Both the position numbers and the translations under genes were made by a program. From positions 1 through 53,676 of the forward strand of contig MU271470.1 of assembly GCA_021432655.1 (NCBI GenBank): a stretch of DNA of 53,676 nt, given 5' to 3'. Within the stretch, counting starts at the first letter, position 1, and every line of letters begins with the position of its first letter. Origin of the DNA: Atractiella rhizophila (taxonomy: Eukaryota). Of this stretch, positions 1-14,436 are shown one piece after another. The notes below the pieces were generated by a model that searched no databases, was not told the DNA's origin, and was given only the letters and a program-made list of their open reading frames with translations.

Positions 1-282
1 AGTGGACAAGTAGACAAAACACCTTAACGCAACATGAGGAACTGAAAAGACTACTCAGACCGTAGAACGAGACTTTGGAAAGCAGCACCATAAAAAAGGT
101 CATAATATAATCGAGCAGACCGTTCCAAGCTGAGCAAAAACAGTAAACCAAACCACTGACTCTTCTCCTTGAGCCTTTTACTCATCATCCAAGATCCAGA
201 CAGCTGACCTCATGCAGCAAGACATAACACACCAGCACGCCGTCACTGTCAACTTGCACGAAACAAACTCCCACTCTCTCTC

Positions 283-1712
283 TCAATACCGCAAATTAAC
301 CTGAGCCGGCACCTCCTTCCACTCTTGCTCCATCATCTCTACCGTATGGAGGAAGCATCTATAACAAGCGACGCAAGTGATGCCCGTACTTCCTTCTCCA
401 GGCTTTCGCACGAGGTCCCTCGGTTCAAACGCTGCACCTTGTTGACCAAGCAAAACAGTCCGCGTCTTTGCCCAATACAACTCGAGGGGTTCCCGGTTCT
501 TGCACCCGTTGTGAGGGCGAGTTTCTCCGATCGGGATGTTGGAGAGAGGGGTGGAGAGGATGGCCCGTGAGCGGTCGGAGCGGAGTGCGTGTAGGGACCA
601 GAGCGCGTTCAACGCGGGAGGAGAGATGGAGGAAGAAGAGAGGAGATGGTGTGTTGACTCTAGGATGGACAGTGGAGTTTCGGTTGAAAAAGAAACGGTG
701 AGACGAGATGCATGGGAGAGTAGGTGTGAGTCTTGGAGAGAGTCGGCGAGGATGTATAGGTTTAAAGCATCGAGAGGAGTCTTGACCATCGCACTGTCCC
801 CTTTGCTATTAACGGCCCACCCCACAGATCGAAGAACGATCAAACAGAGATGACGCACACAATCGTCTCTTTCATGGTATCAATCACATCTCTATCGCAT
901 CCCCACTCCCTCGCAGCTTTAATTGCCCCTCCGAGCTCTTCCGGCTTCCGTTCCTCGACTTTCCCACCAACAATGATCCAACCGAGTAAGGTTTCCACAG
1001 TGGTTCCCGATTCCTCCACTGGCAACACATTGGAGGCGATATCATTCCCCATCCCTTGTTTGATCCTCACACCCATCGAAACGTCCTCCAGCAATGGCGC
1101 ACTCTTCCACAGCTCCGCTCGGTAGACGCGGAAAAGCATTCCATCCTCCGATAGGATGATACAGTCCCCCTTTGTGTACGATGAGGATATTTTAGGGACC
1201 AGAGGCTGGGGTTGTACCTTGCTTGGAGAGGGAAAAGAAGGCGATGTGCCGCGCGAAAGCCTTCCTGACGCAGAAGCGGCTCCGCCGGGCATGTTCCAAG
1301 CAACGGATGAGTTGAGGGAAGGCGGACTGGAATCGCTACTCGACGGCGTGCGTTGGCGGGTGGAAGCACCAAAGGGAAGCTTGGACAAAGAAGACGTGAC
1401 CTCATCTTGGCTCCCTGGTCCACTTCTAGGGGACTTGCGACCCTCCAGTCCCAATCCCAGCGCCACCATCCCTCCGGTCAAACCACCCATTCCCAATCCA
1501 TCCACCTCCGAATCCGGGAGACTCGTACCGACCATCGACGCGGCAAACGAAGCATAGTCCACACTCGGGTCCTCCACGGGCAGCACAGGCTCGGGGGACA
1601 TCCTGTACGGCGTCTTGCGGCCGCCGGCGAGGGAGGAAGGAGGCCGCTGCGGGGGAGAGACGAGGGAGGTGGCGGGCGTGGAACTCTTGCGGGAAGAGTT
1701 GCGATGCGACAT
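283..1712 (-). CDS. BTB/POZ-domain protein with Ser/Pro-rich disordered N-terminus (2 exons; intron ~794-858)
   Basis: ATG 1712 (MSHRNSSRK...). BTB-like segment KGDCIILSEDGMLFRVYRAELWKSAP...LPVEESGTTVETLLGWI. A GTGCGT..CAG intron joins it in frame to ORF 283-858, which ends in a CxxC-containing helical region typical of basidiomycete BTB proteins. Confidence 0.7.
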
Positions 1713-2451
1713 GGCGATGGCTGGCGTGTGCTGATGCCAGTGCGCAGGCTGCCTCTTTGTCTTGGTCAGTTGGTCGTCACGAAATTTTTGACCGCCGGAG
1801 TTTCGGAGTTCTCTGAGACGCCCCGCGACAACGCGCGCAAAGACAGGTAAGGAACACCAGTCAATAGGGTAATAGGCAGACTTTGAAAGAATGAGATGCA
1901 AGACAGTGGAGCTGCGCAAAGGGATATACGCATTGGGCAGAGATCACGGTCTGTAACTTCTCCTGCGCTAGTTGTTCCTCCTTCGGCGGTCCATCTCGTT
2001 AAATTGCCCTGCTTTATCTTTACCTAGTTTGTTGTGACGGACGATATCCCTCCTTTTTGATCAACAACTTCACTGTCGCTCTGTTCTCCAGTCTGCACAA
2101 GCGGCATTGCCGTGACGAAGCATTTTCTTTTTCCCTTGCAATTTCGCGTTTGTAAGGCCCTTGTGATGAAACAGGAGGAAAAGGCGTTTTGCAATGTCAC
2201 TCATTATCACAGTCTTAGGTGCTAATCGATTAATCCGACACAAAAACTTGTGCAAATTTGAGTGTAATATTCTTACTTGACGAGATTGGGATGGAGACAG
2301 ACAGAATCTTAACATCCTCAAATTCAAATTGCAGAGGTTGCCCTCTCGGAAAGCTTGATACATCTTCATCTGAACCAGGTGGCGAGAAGTTGAAACATTC
2401 CCGTCAAGAACATTCTACCCAACAGAATATAGTTTATCAGACTCCACTTTG

Positions 2452-3645
2452 TCAAATGAAGGGCACCCACCAATCATCCCATGTAACTGCACCACCTTCT
2501 CCCGCATCCAGTGCATCCAACTCTTCCATGTCATCCTTCGACAACTCGAAATCGAAAACGTCCGCATTCTCCTCTACACTTAATTGTTAGCATGTTGATC
2601 TGCACATAAGTGGAGACGGTGTGCGTACGGATTCGAGATGCTTTCGTACTCTTGGGAAGTGGGTTCAGATCATGTTGTAGGCTCCACCGCAAAAGCACCT
2701 GAGCCGGCGTCTTGTTGTGCTGCAACTCTCTGGTAGATATATCTCACGATCGGAACAAGAAAAGGAATGACGCACCCGCTCCGCCACCTTCTGGAGTGTG
2801 GGATCGGTCATCCTCTGCCCTCTCACGAGCGGACAATAAGCTATCACGAAAGTCTCATCAAGACTGCGTCTGTCTCTTTGAGGGGCAGGCTTGCCTTGGA
2901 CCAGTATACCTTTCTTGTCACAAAACTCCTTAACATCTCTTTGCTGATACCAAGGATGCAGCTCCACCTGATTGACGGCAGGTCTAATTTTGAGGTTCGA
3001 AGCCAGAAGTTCCTCGAGGTGCTCGACACAGAAATTGCTCACACCGATGCTCTTAACGTATCCCTTCTCCACGGCCACCTCGAGTCCTTTCCACGCCTCG
3101 ATTCGACCTTTTGGACCTGCACCCGGGTCGTGCAAGAGGTAGAGGTCGAAGTAATCGCATCCGAACTTGGATAGAGAAGATTCTACGGCCTTCACGACTG
3201 CTTCGGATATCGAGGGAGAGAAGGCATAGTCCTCAGACAACACTTTGGAGGTGCAGAAAATTTGTTCGCGAGGAATACCACTAACAATTGAGGCGACTTC
3301 AAACTCTGACATTTAAACTGAAGTCCACGGTACCTTTGACGCACCGCTACACCCATCTCCCCTTCATTCTGATAGTATCGAGCACTGTCAATGTGCCTGT
3401 ACCCGACTTTGAAAGATTCAAGCGCTGGAGCTCCGTTTGGCGTTTCAAAGAACCCGAGCCCTGTGAGAAGCATCAACTATTCAAGCTGAATGGAATATTC
3501 AAAGTCGAGCTCGAAAGAGATCATGACGGAGCGAAGTCAGAGACGGATGTATGATCAACATACCTAGAGCTGGAATGGAGTGACCGGAGGAGAGTGTGAA
3601 GGCTGAAGTGAGGGAGAGAGGTTTGGAGAGCTTGAGAGACGCCAT
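2452..3645 (-). CDS. Aldo-keto reductase (AKR paralog 1), multi-exon
   Basis: Motifs TLSSGHSIPALG, GYRHIDSARYYQNE (catalytic Asp/Tyr), IFCTSK (Lys), DLYLLHDP (His), KSIGVSNF, PAVNQVELHPW, KTPAQVLLRW. The exact 3' end is uncertain because a last short intron is possible. Confidence 0.9.
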
Positions 3646-4091
3646 TTCAACAATTGAGCTAACGTGACAGGTCGATGTAGACGCTGGACTTCCCTTTCTC
3701 CTTTCAAGCTTTGGGAGGTTCTGGTTTAAATGCACCAAATTCCACACGGGCCTCCACACCAACGCTGTGAGATGACATCGACGCGTCGGAGTCACTAATT
3801 AGCTGAGGGGAGAAGCTTGGTGCGCTTGGTGGAGGAAGGGAACTGTTGGCTTTGTGGTTACTTCGCCGCTGAAAATCAGTACTTGTGCTGCCTCCGTTAG
3901 AACACCGTTCATTTGTTACAGCCATATAATGGCGATAGTAACTTTGAGGATTTGAGCGCAAAGTAAGGCGTAGCTTGCAGTAGTACGCGTGGAAATGTAC
4001 GAGTGCGGTGCGGAGAAGGGAGCTGGATATTAGCGACCTGAGTGACTTGAGCTGGTTCAAAGCTTCGTGAACTTCCATTTTCTTACATCCC

Positions 4092-5764
4092 TCAGGTGGT
4101 ACGAGCAACCTTCAGCGCCTCATGGACATCCGTAATCTTTACCCGTTCTTTCCCAATTCTTCCTCCCCTTCTCCTTTCCTCGGCATCGATCGCTTGCCAT
4201 CCCTTCCAAATCACCGCTCCGTCTTTCTCCAGCTTCTTTCTATAATTTTCCAACGAAGCGTCCTCTGTCCGATGTGGATTACGACATGAACGCGAATCCA
4301 AGATCAATGAATCAGCGCTGTCATAAGCGTAGGACAATGTATCTGCTATGACCCCAGTTGGTCCTCTCGCCAACCAACCAGCTGCATATAAGCCCGGAAC
4401 CTACTCCACAGAGATGAGCTCGAAAACCTTTTCAGAAGGAAAGCCCACCCGCCGGCCAGCTTGGTCGAGGATCCGTCCGTTTTCATTCTTGTATGTAGAC
4501 GTTTTTTCATCCATAGGTAGTCCGTCGATCCCCACAGAGCGATATCCAATGCTCTTGAACAAAACATCGGCCTTCCTTGTTTCCACCACGCCAGGAATTG
4601 CAGTTACCTTCGACGCTTTAGAATTGTGCCGGTCGTGCAGAAGCTGATTGCTGCCCCACTGAACTGCCTTCATTTTCCCTCCATCTTCTTCAACCAGACC
4701 AAGTGGTGCTTTGAGAAATTTGAACGTCCACGATTTAGAGGAATCTTCTGGCGAAACTTTTGAGCCTTTTTGTAAAAGGTCGAAAATGCGTTTCATCATC
4801 CGGCCGTTCTGGACAGAGTCACCATTCTCAGCTAGTTCTGCAGAAGCTGTTTTGAGATGCCCCTTGTCCACTTCATCCAGGAAAAAGGCCGTTCGCGGGA
4901 TGTTCATTAACTCCCTCACCTCCTTCGTCGTACAGGCCATTTGTAGAGGCCCTCTCCGTCCCACAATCTCTATTTTCTTCACTTGGGCTTTTCTCAACGT
5001 CTCTAACGCATATTGAGGCATATCCGTCCTCTCCAACTCCTCTACAGGCTTCAGAAGAATGCGTGCAACGTCCAAAGCAACATTTCCTTGACCAACGATG
5101 GACACATCCTCAGTTGACGAAAGATCGAAAGGGAGTCCTTCCTTGTATGGTGAATACGGATGACCATTGTACCAATTGACGAAGGCACGGGCTGAGATTA
5201 CGTTGGGGAAGGAATCTTCACGTGGAATTCCCAAATGACGATCCACCGATGCACCGTAAGAGAGGAGAATCGCGTCGTAGTGCAGTTGGAGGTCTTTAAA
5301 GGGAACTTTAACCGCGTGAGGGTATAGCTGGGTGTTGACCAATGGAGTAGTACTCGAAGGGGACGATTCGAAGGTAGGTCCCGTTATTTGTACGTTGCCG
5401 AAGAATCGAAAATCAGGATGTTTCGCTGTCTCCGTGAACTTATTCTCGCAATTCTAGGCACGGTCGCATCAGCACTATGCTGGCGCTTTGAGTTTGAGTG
5501 AAAGATAGTTACTTTGACCTCTGGGTGATCCGGCGCAACGCCGAAGCGTGACAGTCCGAAAGGCATTGGTAAAAGCTCAAATAAGTCGACCGTGAACTTG
5601 GTCACGCTGGAAGAGTCCAAAATACGAGAAGCAGCGTAAAAGCCTGCTGGGCCACCGCCAACAATGGCTACGTTCAACTTACGAGATGAACTGGACGCCT
5701 TCCGCCGCAACAAAGGAAATACAAAGCTGTTTCGTGAAGTTGTGTGCGAGCGAGCTATACTCAT
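4092..5764 (-). CDS. ARH1: NADPH:adrenodoxin (ferredoxin) oxidoreductase, mitochondrial
   Basis: Arg/Ser-rich N-terminal presequence; VAIVGGGPAGFYAA; PFGLSRFGVAPDHPEVK; ARAFVNWYNGHP; GQGNVALDVARIL; GRRGPLQ; GWLARGPTGVIADT. Confidence 0.93.
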
Positions 5765-6246
5765 TTTGGTCAGATGAGGCCGAGAGAGGCTAGAGTATTG
5801 GCCTGAGAGTCCTAGTCCTCACACAGATAGCATTAGAGTAAAATTGTTAGAGCAGGTCTGAGTCTGAGCTCACAGTCAAGCGATGCCGCCTGGAGGTGTG
5901 GCTGGTGAGGAGCGTGATGAAAATGCAAATTCAGCAAGGAGTGTCACGTGATGCAACATTGCACTTTAACTGTAAGGGGAGCTTTGAATCCTAATTGTGA
6001 CAGGTAGATTTAGCTGCGCCGTTTGTTGCAGTTGTTCAAGCTCATGTTTTGGACTTTGAATAAATGAACCATACGACTTGCTGTATAACGCAATCTAGTA
6101 TTATTATCCCAGAAATGTATGCGAGCGAAAACAACCATCAATCAATCGATCGTCTAAAGTGGTACAAGAAGCTGGAGATTGAAGCGCTCGTAAAGGGTTG
6201 CTACGGCTGAGAACAGACAAAAAGCGTCCCAAGTTTATGAAGGTAC

Positions 6247-8261
6247 CTAAACACTATCTTCCTCCTTTGGGTGAGGGTGAGGATGGACGTGGGCATCGTG
6301 TTGAGGGAAGTTATGAGGGTCCCTAGGATGTCCAGCAGCCTGCTTCTCCTCGAAAGCAGATCCGCTGTCTGATGACTTCTTCAAATCCCTACTCTCTGTT
6401 TCGATGTGCCCGTCGATATCCCTGGTTGTCTCCGCATAGTCATAACCCCACTCTCCAAGCTGGTCTTCATCGACGCCAACAATCTCCGCCTCTTCTGAAA
6501 CCCTCAAACTGAAACCGGGAATTTTGTCCATGGCAATGAGGAGAATGGAAGTGACTACGAAGGTGTAAGAGATGATAGCGACAGATGTTGCCAGTTGATA
6601 GCCAAGTTGAACCCAATGATGGTTGATCCACCCTCCATCAATAACCGTGCCGTCGAAGGTCACGACGCGGGCATCAGCAAACAGGCCAGTGCAGATGGAG
6701 CCGACAAATCCTCCGATTCCGTGAAGAGCAAAGCCATCAATGGCATCATCGATGCGGAGGAGATACTTGAGCTTCGTGCCAAAGTTGCAAAAGAACGCAG
6801 TGATAACACCGATGGCAAGGGCAGCAGGAGAGCCAACGAAACCGGCGGCAGGCTAATTGACAGTCATGAGCACATCATGAGCAACCTTTGGACAAATAAG
6901 GGAACTGTACCGTGATTCCTACCAACCCGGCGAGGATTCCAGAGCAGAGACCGACAGCGCTCCATTTCTTCTCGAGCCGATAATCGAGGAAGCACCAAGT
7001 GAGACCGGCGGCGGCGGCTGAGATGTTGGTGACAATAAAAGCTTGAGTAGCCCTGACGTTTGATCCAAGAGCAGAACCGCCGTTGAATCCGAACCATCCG
7101 AACCACAGGACTTCTCATGCAATGTCAGCTCTTCTTCTTTCTCCTGGAAAGGCTGGAGTAACTTACAGGTGGTACCGAGGATGACGTGGGAGACAGAGTG
7201 AGGTTTGTAAGCAAGGCGGTCAGTTCCATATCCTCTCCTCTTTCCGAGCCAGAGAGAGTAAGCGAGAGCAGCTGTTCCAGAGCTCATATGGACGGGTCCA
7301 CCTCCAGCGAAATCGAGGGAACCAAGCTTGAATCCCCATCCGTTAGCGGCCCACGTCCAGCACGCAATTGGGTCGTAAACTATCGTTGCCTGATGGACAG
7401 AAAAGGTAAGTAACGTAGAAACTTGGAAGAAAACAAGAGTGGATCACGTGCCCAAGCAAAGCAGAAGACCAAGCAAGGTCCAATCCGTCCTCTTTCTGCC
7501 ATTCCAGCCACTGCAATAGCGGGGGCTGTTGACCAACGTCATTAGTTAACAGTTTAAATGTATGAATAATCATGGACGCACTGATGGCCGCGAACATGCT
7601 CTGGTAAATAACGAAGGTAAGGCCAGGAAGTTTGTCGCTACCAGCAGAAGGTTCGTCCAAAATACCCTTCAATCCAAAGTTGTCCAAATTTCCAATGAAA
7701 TCTCCACCGGTAGCAGAGAAAGTGAGTGAGTATCCCCTAATCGCGATGAAAGCGTCAGTTCCCTTACTGTCTGTACAGAGCCTTTGATGAGAATTGACGT
7801 ACCAGAAGAACCATTGGAAAGTGATGACAGCATACACTGCAAGGGAGAGGTAAAGCATGGACAGTGCATTTTTTCGTCTCAAAAGGCCGGAGTACAGAAA
7901 CCCGACTGTAGCAGAGGACATCTTCATCAATCCCCATGCTTCATCCATTGAAAACAGAAAAATGCTCACCCCCAGGTGTCATGATCATGACAAGAGCCTT
8001 TCCAACAATCATCACCTGTCAGCGAGGTCCGTGAACACCATAAATGCGACATACAGCAGAGCTGAGAATCCAAGCGATATCTCCATTGTTGTATAGCGTC
8101 CCGTCTTCCCCGATGACCTGTAGAGGAAGGTTAAATGGGGTATATTAACACTAAAAGGAGTTTCCTAACATTTCTTTCCTAGATTCAGAAATAACATCGT
8201 CAGTATTGTGAAAAACAACAGCGAAAAACAGGCTCACTGGGCTGAAGGTGACGTTCACCAT
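6247..8261 (-). CDS. Ammonium transporter (Amt/Mep family), twin-His type, multi-exon
   Basis: Starts MVNVTFSP; GDIAWIL; LYSGLLRRKNALSM; QWFFWGYSLTFS; DFAGGGPVHMSSG; WFGWFGFNGGS; DGFALHGIGG; GVDEDQLGEWGY C-terminus. Confidence 0.95.
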
Positions 8262-8374
8262 CTTGAGACTTTGATCTGGTGAAGCAAAAAGTCTCCTGGG
8301 CGTTAGATGGTTTTAGGGCTGTCTTAGCGAAAAGTGCAGTGTCAGGGAAAATTATGTGAAGCAGGTGTCCTTTT

Positions 8375-8857
8375 TTATCGTTGCGCGATAAGCAAAACCC
8401 GCGACTGGCCGACGCGATAAGACAAAGTTTGCCAAGGGAAACCCCGAATTATACCACCACCTCCAATTGGATGGTGCCGTCAAAATCTGGAAGAATTCTA
8501 TGAGCTTTATCAGGCGACAGCAGATTTGAAGGCGGGGGGAGGTCGCCAAAGGCCAATTCTTGAGGGTGAAAAGGCAGGTGAAATGAGTGCGTCGAGATAG
8601 GTCACTCGGTTAGATTCGGGTGCGACAATCTGCTGCCTTCTCCTTCGCAACTTCTTCGCTTTCTCTCTTAATTTTCCTCTAAAAGCTTTTGCTGATCAGC
8701 CTAACTTCCAAGGAGACAGCAGTGCCCAAGGACACTTTGCATTTGCTGAGTCAGAACTTTTGCAAACTCAAACAGCTTCAGCTTCTTGATAAGGACAAAC
8801 TTGTGCCATATTCTGCTGATAGAATATTGGAGAACTGCGGCAAGTGATATCGATAAA
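8375..8857. promoter_or_regulatory. Cluster of GATA elements upstream of the ammonium transporter (putative AreA/Nit2/Gat1 nitrogen-catabolite sites)
   Basis: TTATC 8375-8379, GATAAG 8387-8392, GATAAG 8416-8421, TTTATC 8506-8511, GATAG 8596-8600, GATAAG 8788-8793, GATAG 8818-8822, GATAAA 8852-8857. Confidence 0.65.
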
Positions 8858-9879
8858 CTGATGCTCGGGAATCTGTCGTTCAAGCCGAGATTTCCGTGTG
8901 GGGTTGTTAAGATGGGTGAAGCGTGAACATAGATTCGTCCTCCAGCTGGCTAGCATGACCTTTTCTCTGAAGAGCACTAAAGCTGGTGTCGCACGATTGA
9001 AGAATATGTACTTATAGACGCAGCGCATGGAATGAAGAACGGGCGCACGCCTAAAGGGAATTTCATCACTAAATTGTGGGAAACTGAGCCGCTTTTTGTG
9101 CGCCAAGTGCAGCACAAAATAGGCTCTCTCCTTTTACTCCGTCACCCAGCTAGAGAATATACAAGTGATACTGTCTTATTGTGGTAGAGTGTCCCAATGG
9201 CACGAACATCGAAGGAGCAAGAGTACTGACGGCCAAAAGCCTCCTCTCAAGTGTGGGAATATGAGCACTTGAGTTTTGCGTTTGAAGCTACCTTTGTTGT
9301 TGCAATAAAAGAATAGTAGGGACAGTCAGTGTTTGAATTGCACACGAAGAGTACTTCATCCTAAGAGAGAAATACTCTTCTGTCAACGAATCTCTAAATA
9401 CTATTGGACAGCCTGATGTAGGATCTGATCCTTCATTTTGCTAATTCCAGGCCGAGTACTGATGAAGTTCTTTGCCCGAAGGAAATGTGCAGAACCTTTA
9501 CAGCCCGCCAGAGCCCGCTGAAATCATTGGAGGAGACGATAAGAGGAAAATTGATCAACCAGACGAATGGCGAAATGGCTAGAAATATCGGCGCTCCCTT
9601 AGCCGTTTACCGTGTCATATTTGTCAACGGGAGTACAATAAGATGAGGAAGGAAGCTAACGAGCTGTGAACGAATACCTGATTACCTAAGGGTTGGGGAG
9701 GAATTCACACGTGGCAATATAAGGTTCCGATACATCGATCAAGTCTTCTTGATATTACTGACGCTGACGTTCCCATTTGTTCCCATCAACAGCGACAGTC
9801 CCTGATCTGCCCCTTGCTCATACGCTTTGGCCGTCTGCCCAGCTCCAGTGAATACCTTCAGCGTTTGCTACAACTTGCA

Positions 9880-12332
<2,453 letters not shown>

Positions 12333-12847
12333 TCCACCTTCTATACGCCGCTCGATGGTGACTTTTCTGATGGCATTGCCCCATCATTTCGGCTTGTTCC
12401 GTACCCGCTTTTCTCTGGGTTGTTCCCTTGTGTGCTTTATATCCCTCTCAAATTGCTTGTGGATGATTGGTTGAGTGAGCGTTTTGTTGTTGAAGTTCTT
12501 CTGGCATGCTCCAAAAGCTTACTTATCCTTGCGTCCATTCCAAGCATCAAATCCACCAGTTCCTGTAAAAGTAACTTGCCATCCATCAATCTTGTATTTC
12601 TAACCCACTTAGAACGATTTAATGTTTGTTTTGTCTACTTTTGTGCAACCTTTCAGCTCGTCCAACCAGACCTGTCTGTCCTTTTCAATGCTTTCACCGT
12701 TTCTTTGATTTGTTCAAGCTCAAAGGTGGTATGAAACCTTTACTCCTACCTGTTAGGTAAGAAAGAAGTCGTATATCACATACAGAATCAGTAGATGTGA
12801 TAAGAATGTGTCCCGTTGCATGCTGCTTGAGCCCAGAATGGTGAAAA

Positions 12848-14270
12848 TTATTCCACGGTTCTCCATCCGGTGTCTATACGTGGCAATTCCAACTTCAGCT
12901 TCTCACAAAGATCCCTGAACTCCTTAGGCACGTCTAAGAAGACCTCAACTCGCTTCCTCGTAACCACCTTCTTTTTCGAGCCTTGCTCTTCCCCCAATGT
13001 CTCAGCTGTAAAGGTTGCACGCTCTGACCCAACTTCCTCTTGCTGCAGCTCTTCCGTTTCCATGTCCTCCACATCCCTTTCCTCCCGACTTATCATCCCC
13101 TCTCCCACATCTTCAGCTGTAGCAGCCTGTTCCACCTCTTTTGGCTCCTCTCTTCCCAATGTGGAGAGTTTAGCTTCCGCAGCTTCCACACCTTCCTCAG
13201 CCTTCAAACTCTGGCCCTTTGGCTGAACGTCAACGAAGGACTTTTCCCATATAGGGAATGCTACGTTGTAGCAATGAAGGAATATCCTATTCTGAGGGAG
13301 ATTATAATACGATTGAAATCCGTATTGGACCTGTTGAAAGTTTCGATCTTTCGACCGTCGTGCTGAATGAGGTGAATACTTGAAGTCTCCTAGAATAGGT
13401 GTTCCTAGTACAGCTGTCGCCTGTACTCGTAATTGATGTTTGCGGCCGGTGAGGAGACGGAAGTGGAGGAGAGAGAAGGTAGGAGTGGAGTGAAGGAGCC
13501 GAACCACGGTACGGCTTTCTTTTCCACCTATGCTTTCCTCGTCAGTAAGTGCGCGAAAGAAATAGAAGGAAGGCAGACTGCGTGATAAATCAGATATTGA
13601 GCCATCCGATGAAATGGTACTCGTGACCTCCCACTCAATCTTTGACTCGTCAACCTCAACCTTTTTCTTCTTCTTTTTCGAGGTGTCCTCTTCCTCTAGC
13701 GTCGACTCGTCCACCACTCGCTTCACGCCAGTCCTTGGATCTTGAGCAAGATCTTTAAATTCGGGTTTTCCAATGACAATGGCTAAGTAATTTTTAACAA
13801 GGTCCGTTGAGCTTTCGGGGTCGCGTGAAAGGTGTCGCGTTTTCTGTTTTGAAGTGGACAGGAGAATAGCACCTGTAACAGACTTGAAAAATTATATCCT
13901 ATCAGTGTGAGGCGCTACAGCAGTAGAGAGCATACTTTGTCAAGCCTACTTAACGGCGTAGGATCCGTTTTAAGTGACAAGGTCTTTTTCGCCTCTTCGC
14001 ACCACCAAAGAAAGGTGAGCCTGGCGAGAACAAACGGGGAAATAACACTGACACACCGTTTATCATTTTTTCCCAGTTCTGCCTCTGCGTACTTCCAATT
14101 TGAGCCTGTATCGAAGACTCTGAATCCTTAGCAAGGACAAGGAATGAAGAGCCATGGTATATGATGTTGGCTGTTAGTGCTTTGGTGAGACGTGTCGGAC
14201 TGGGGGAGAGAAACCGTCCCGCGAGGTGGGCTTGCGTCGCTGCACTCACTGTCTTACTGAGTGGAGGCAT
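12848..14270 (-). CDS. RluA-family pseudouridine synthase (Pus5-like, probably mitochondrial)
   Basis: Spliced reading gives PTPLSRLDK/SVTGAILL (catalytic RLD motif), KKYLAIV, LLTGRKHQLRVQ, LGTPILGDFKY and RIFLHC. The N-terminus is basic and presequence-like. Confidence 0.85.
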
Positions 14271-14436
14271 ACTGATGCCTGACTTTTGAGATTCCTGAAG
14301 CTCTGAACAAGTTCAATCTGGCTCACAACCAGAATGTTGCATTTCCGTCCGCAAATCCTAAACAAGAGTCTGATCAAGAGAGAGTCTACGAAGCGACATT
14401 TTCGATATTTCTCTACACTTCAGCCAACCAGCGACA

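Noticed and set aside
9347..9380. Imperfect inverted repeat GAAGAGTA...TACTCTTC in the transporter/kinase intergenic region
   Set aside because: It is short and isolated, expected by chance in 53 kb, and has no TSD or other MITE features.
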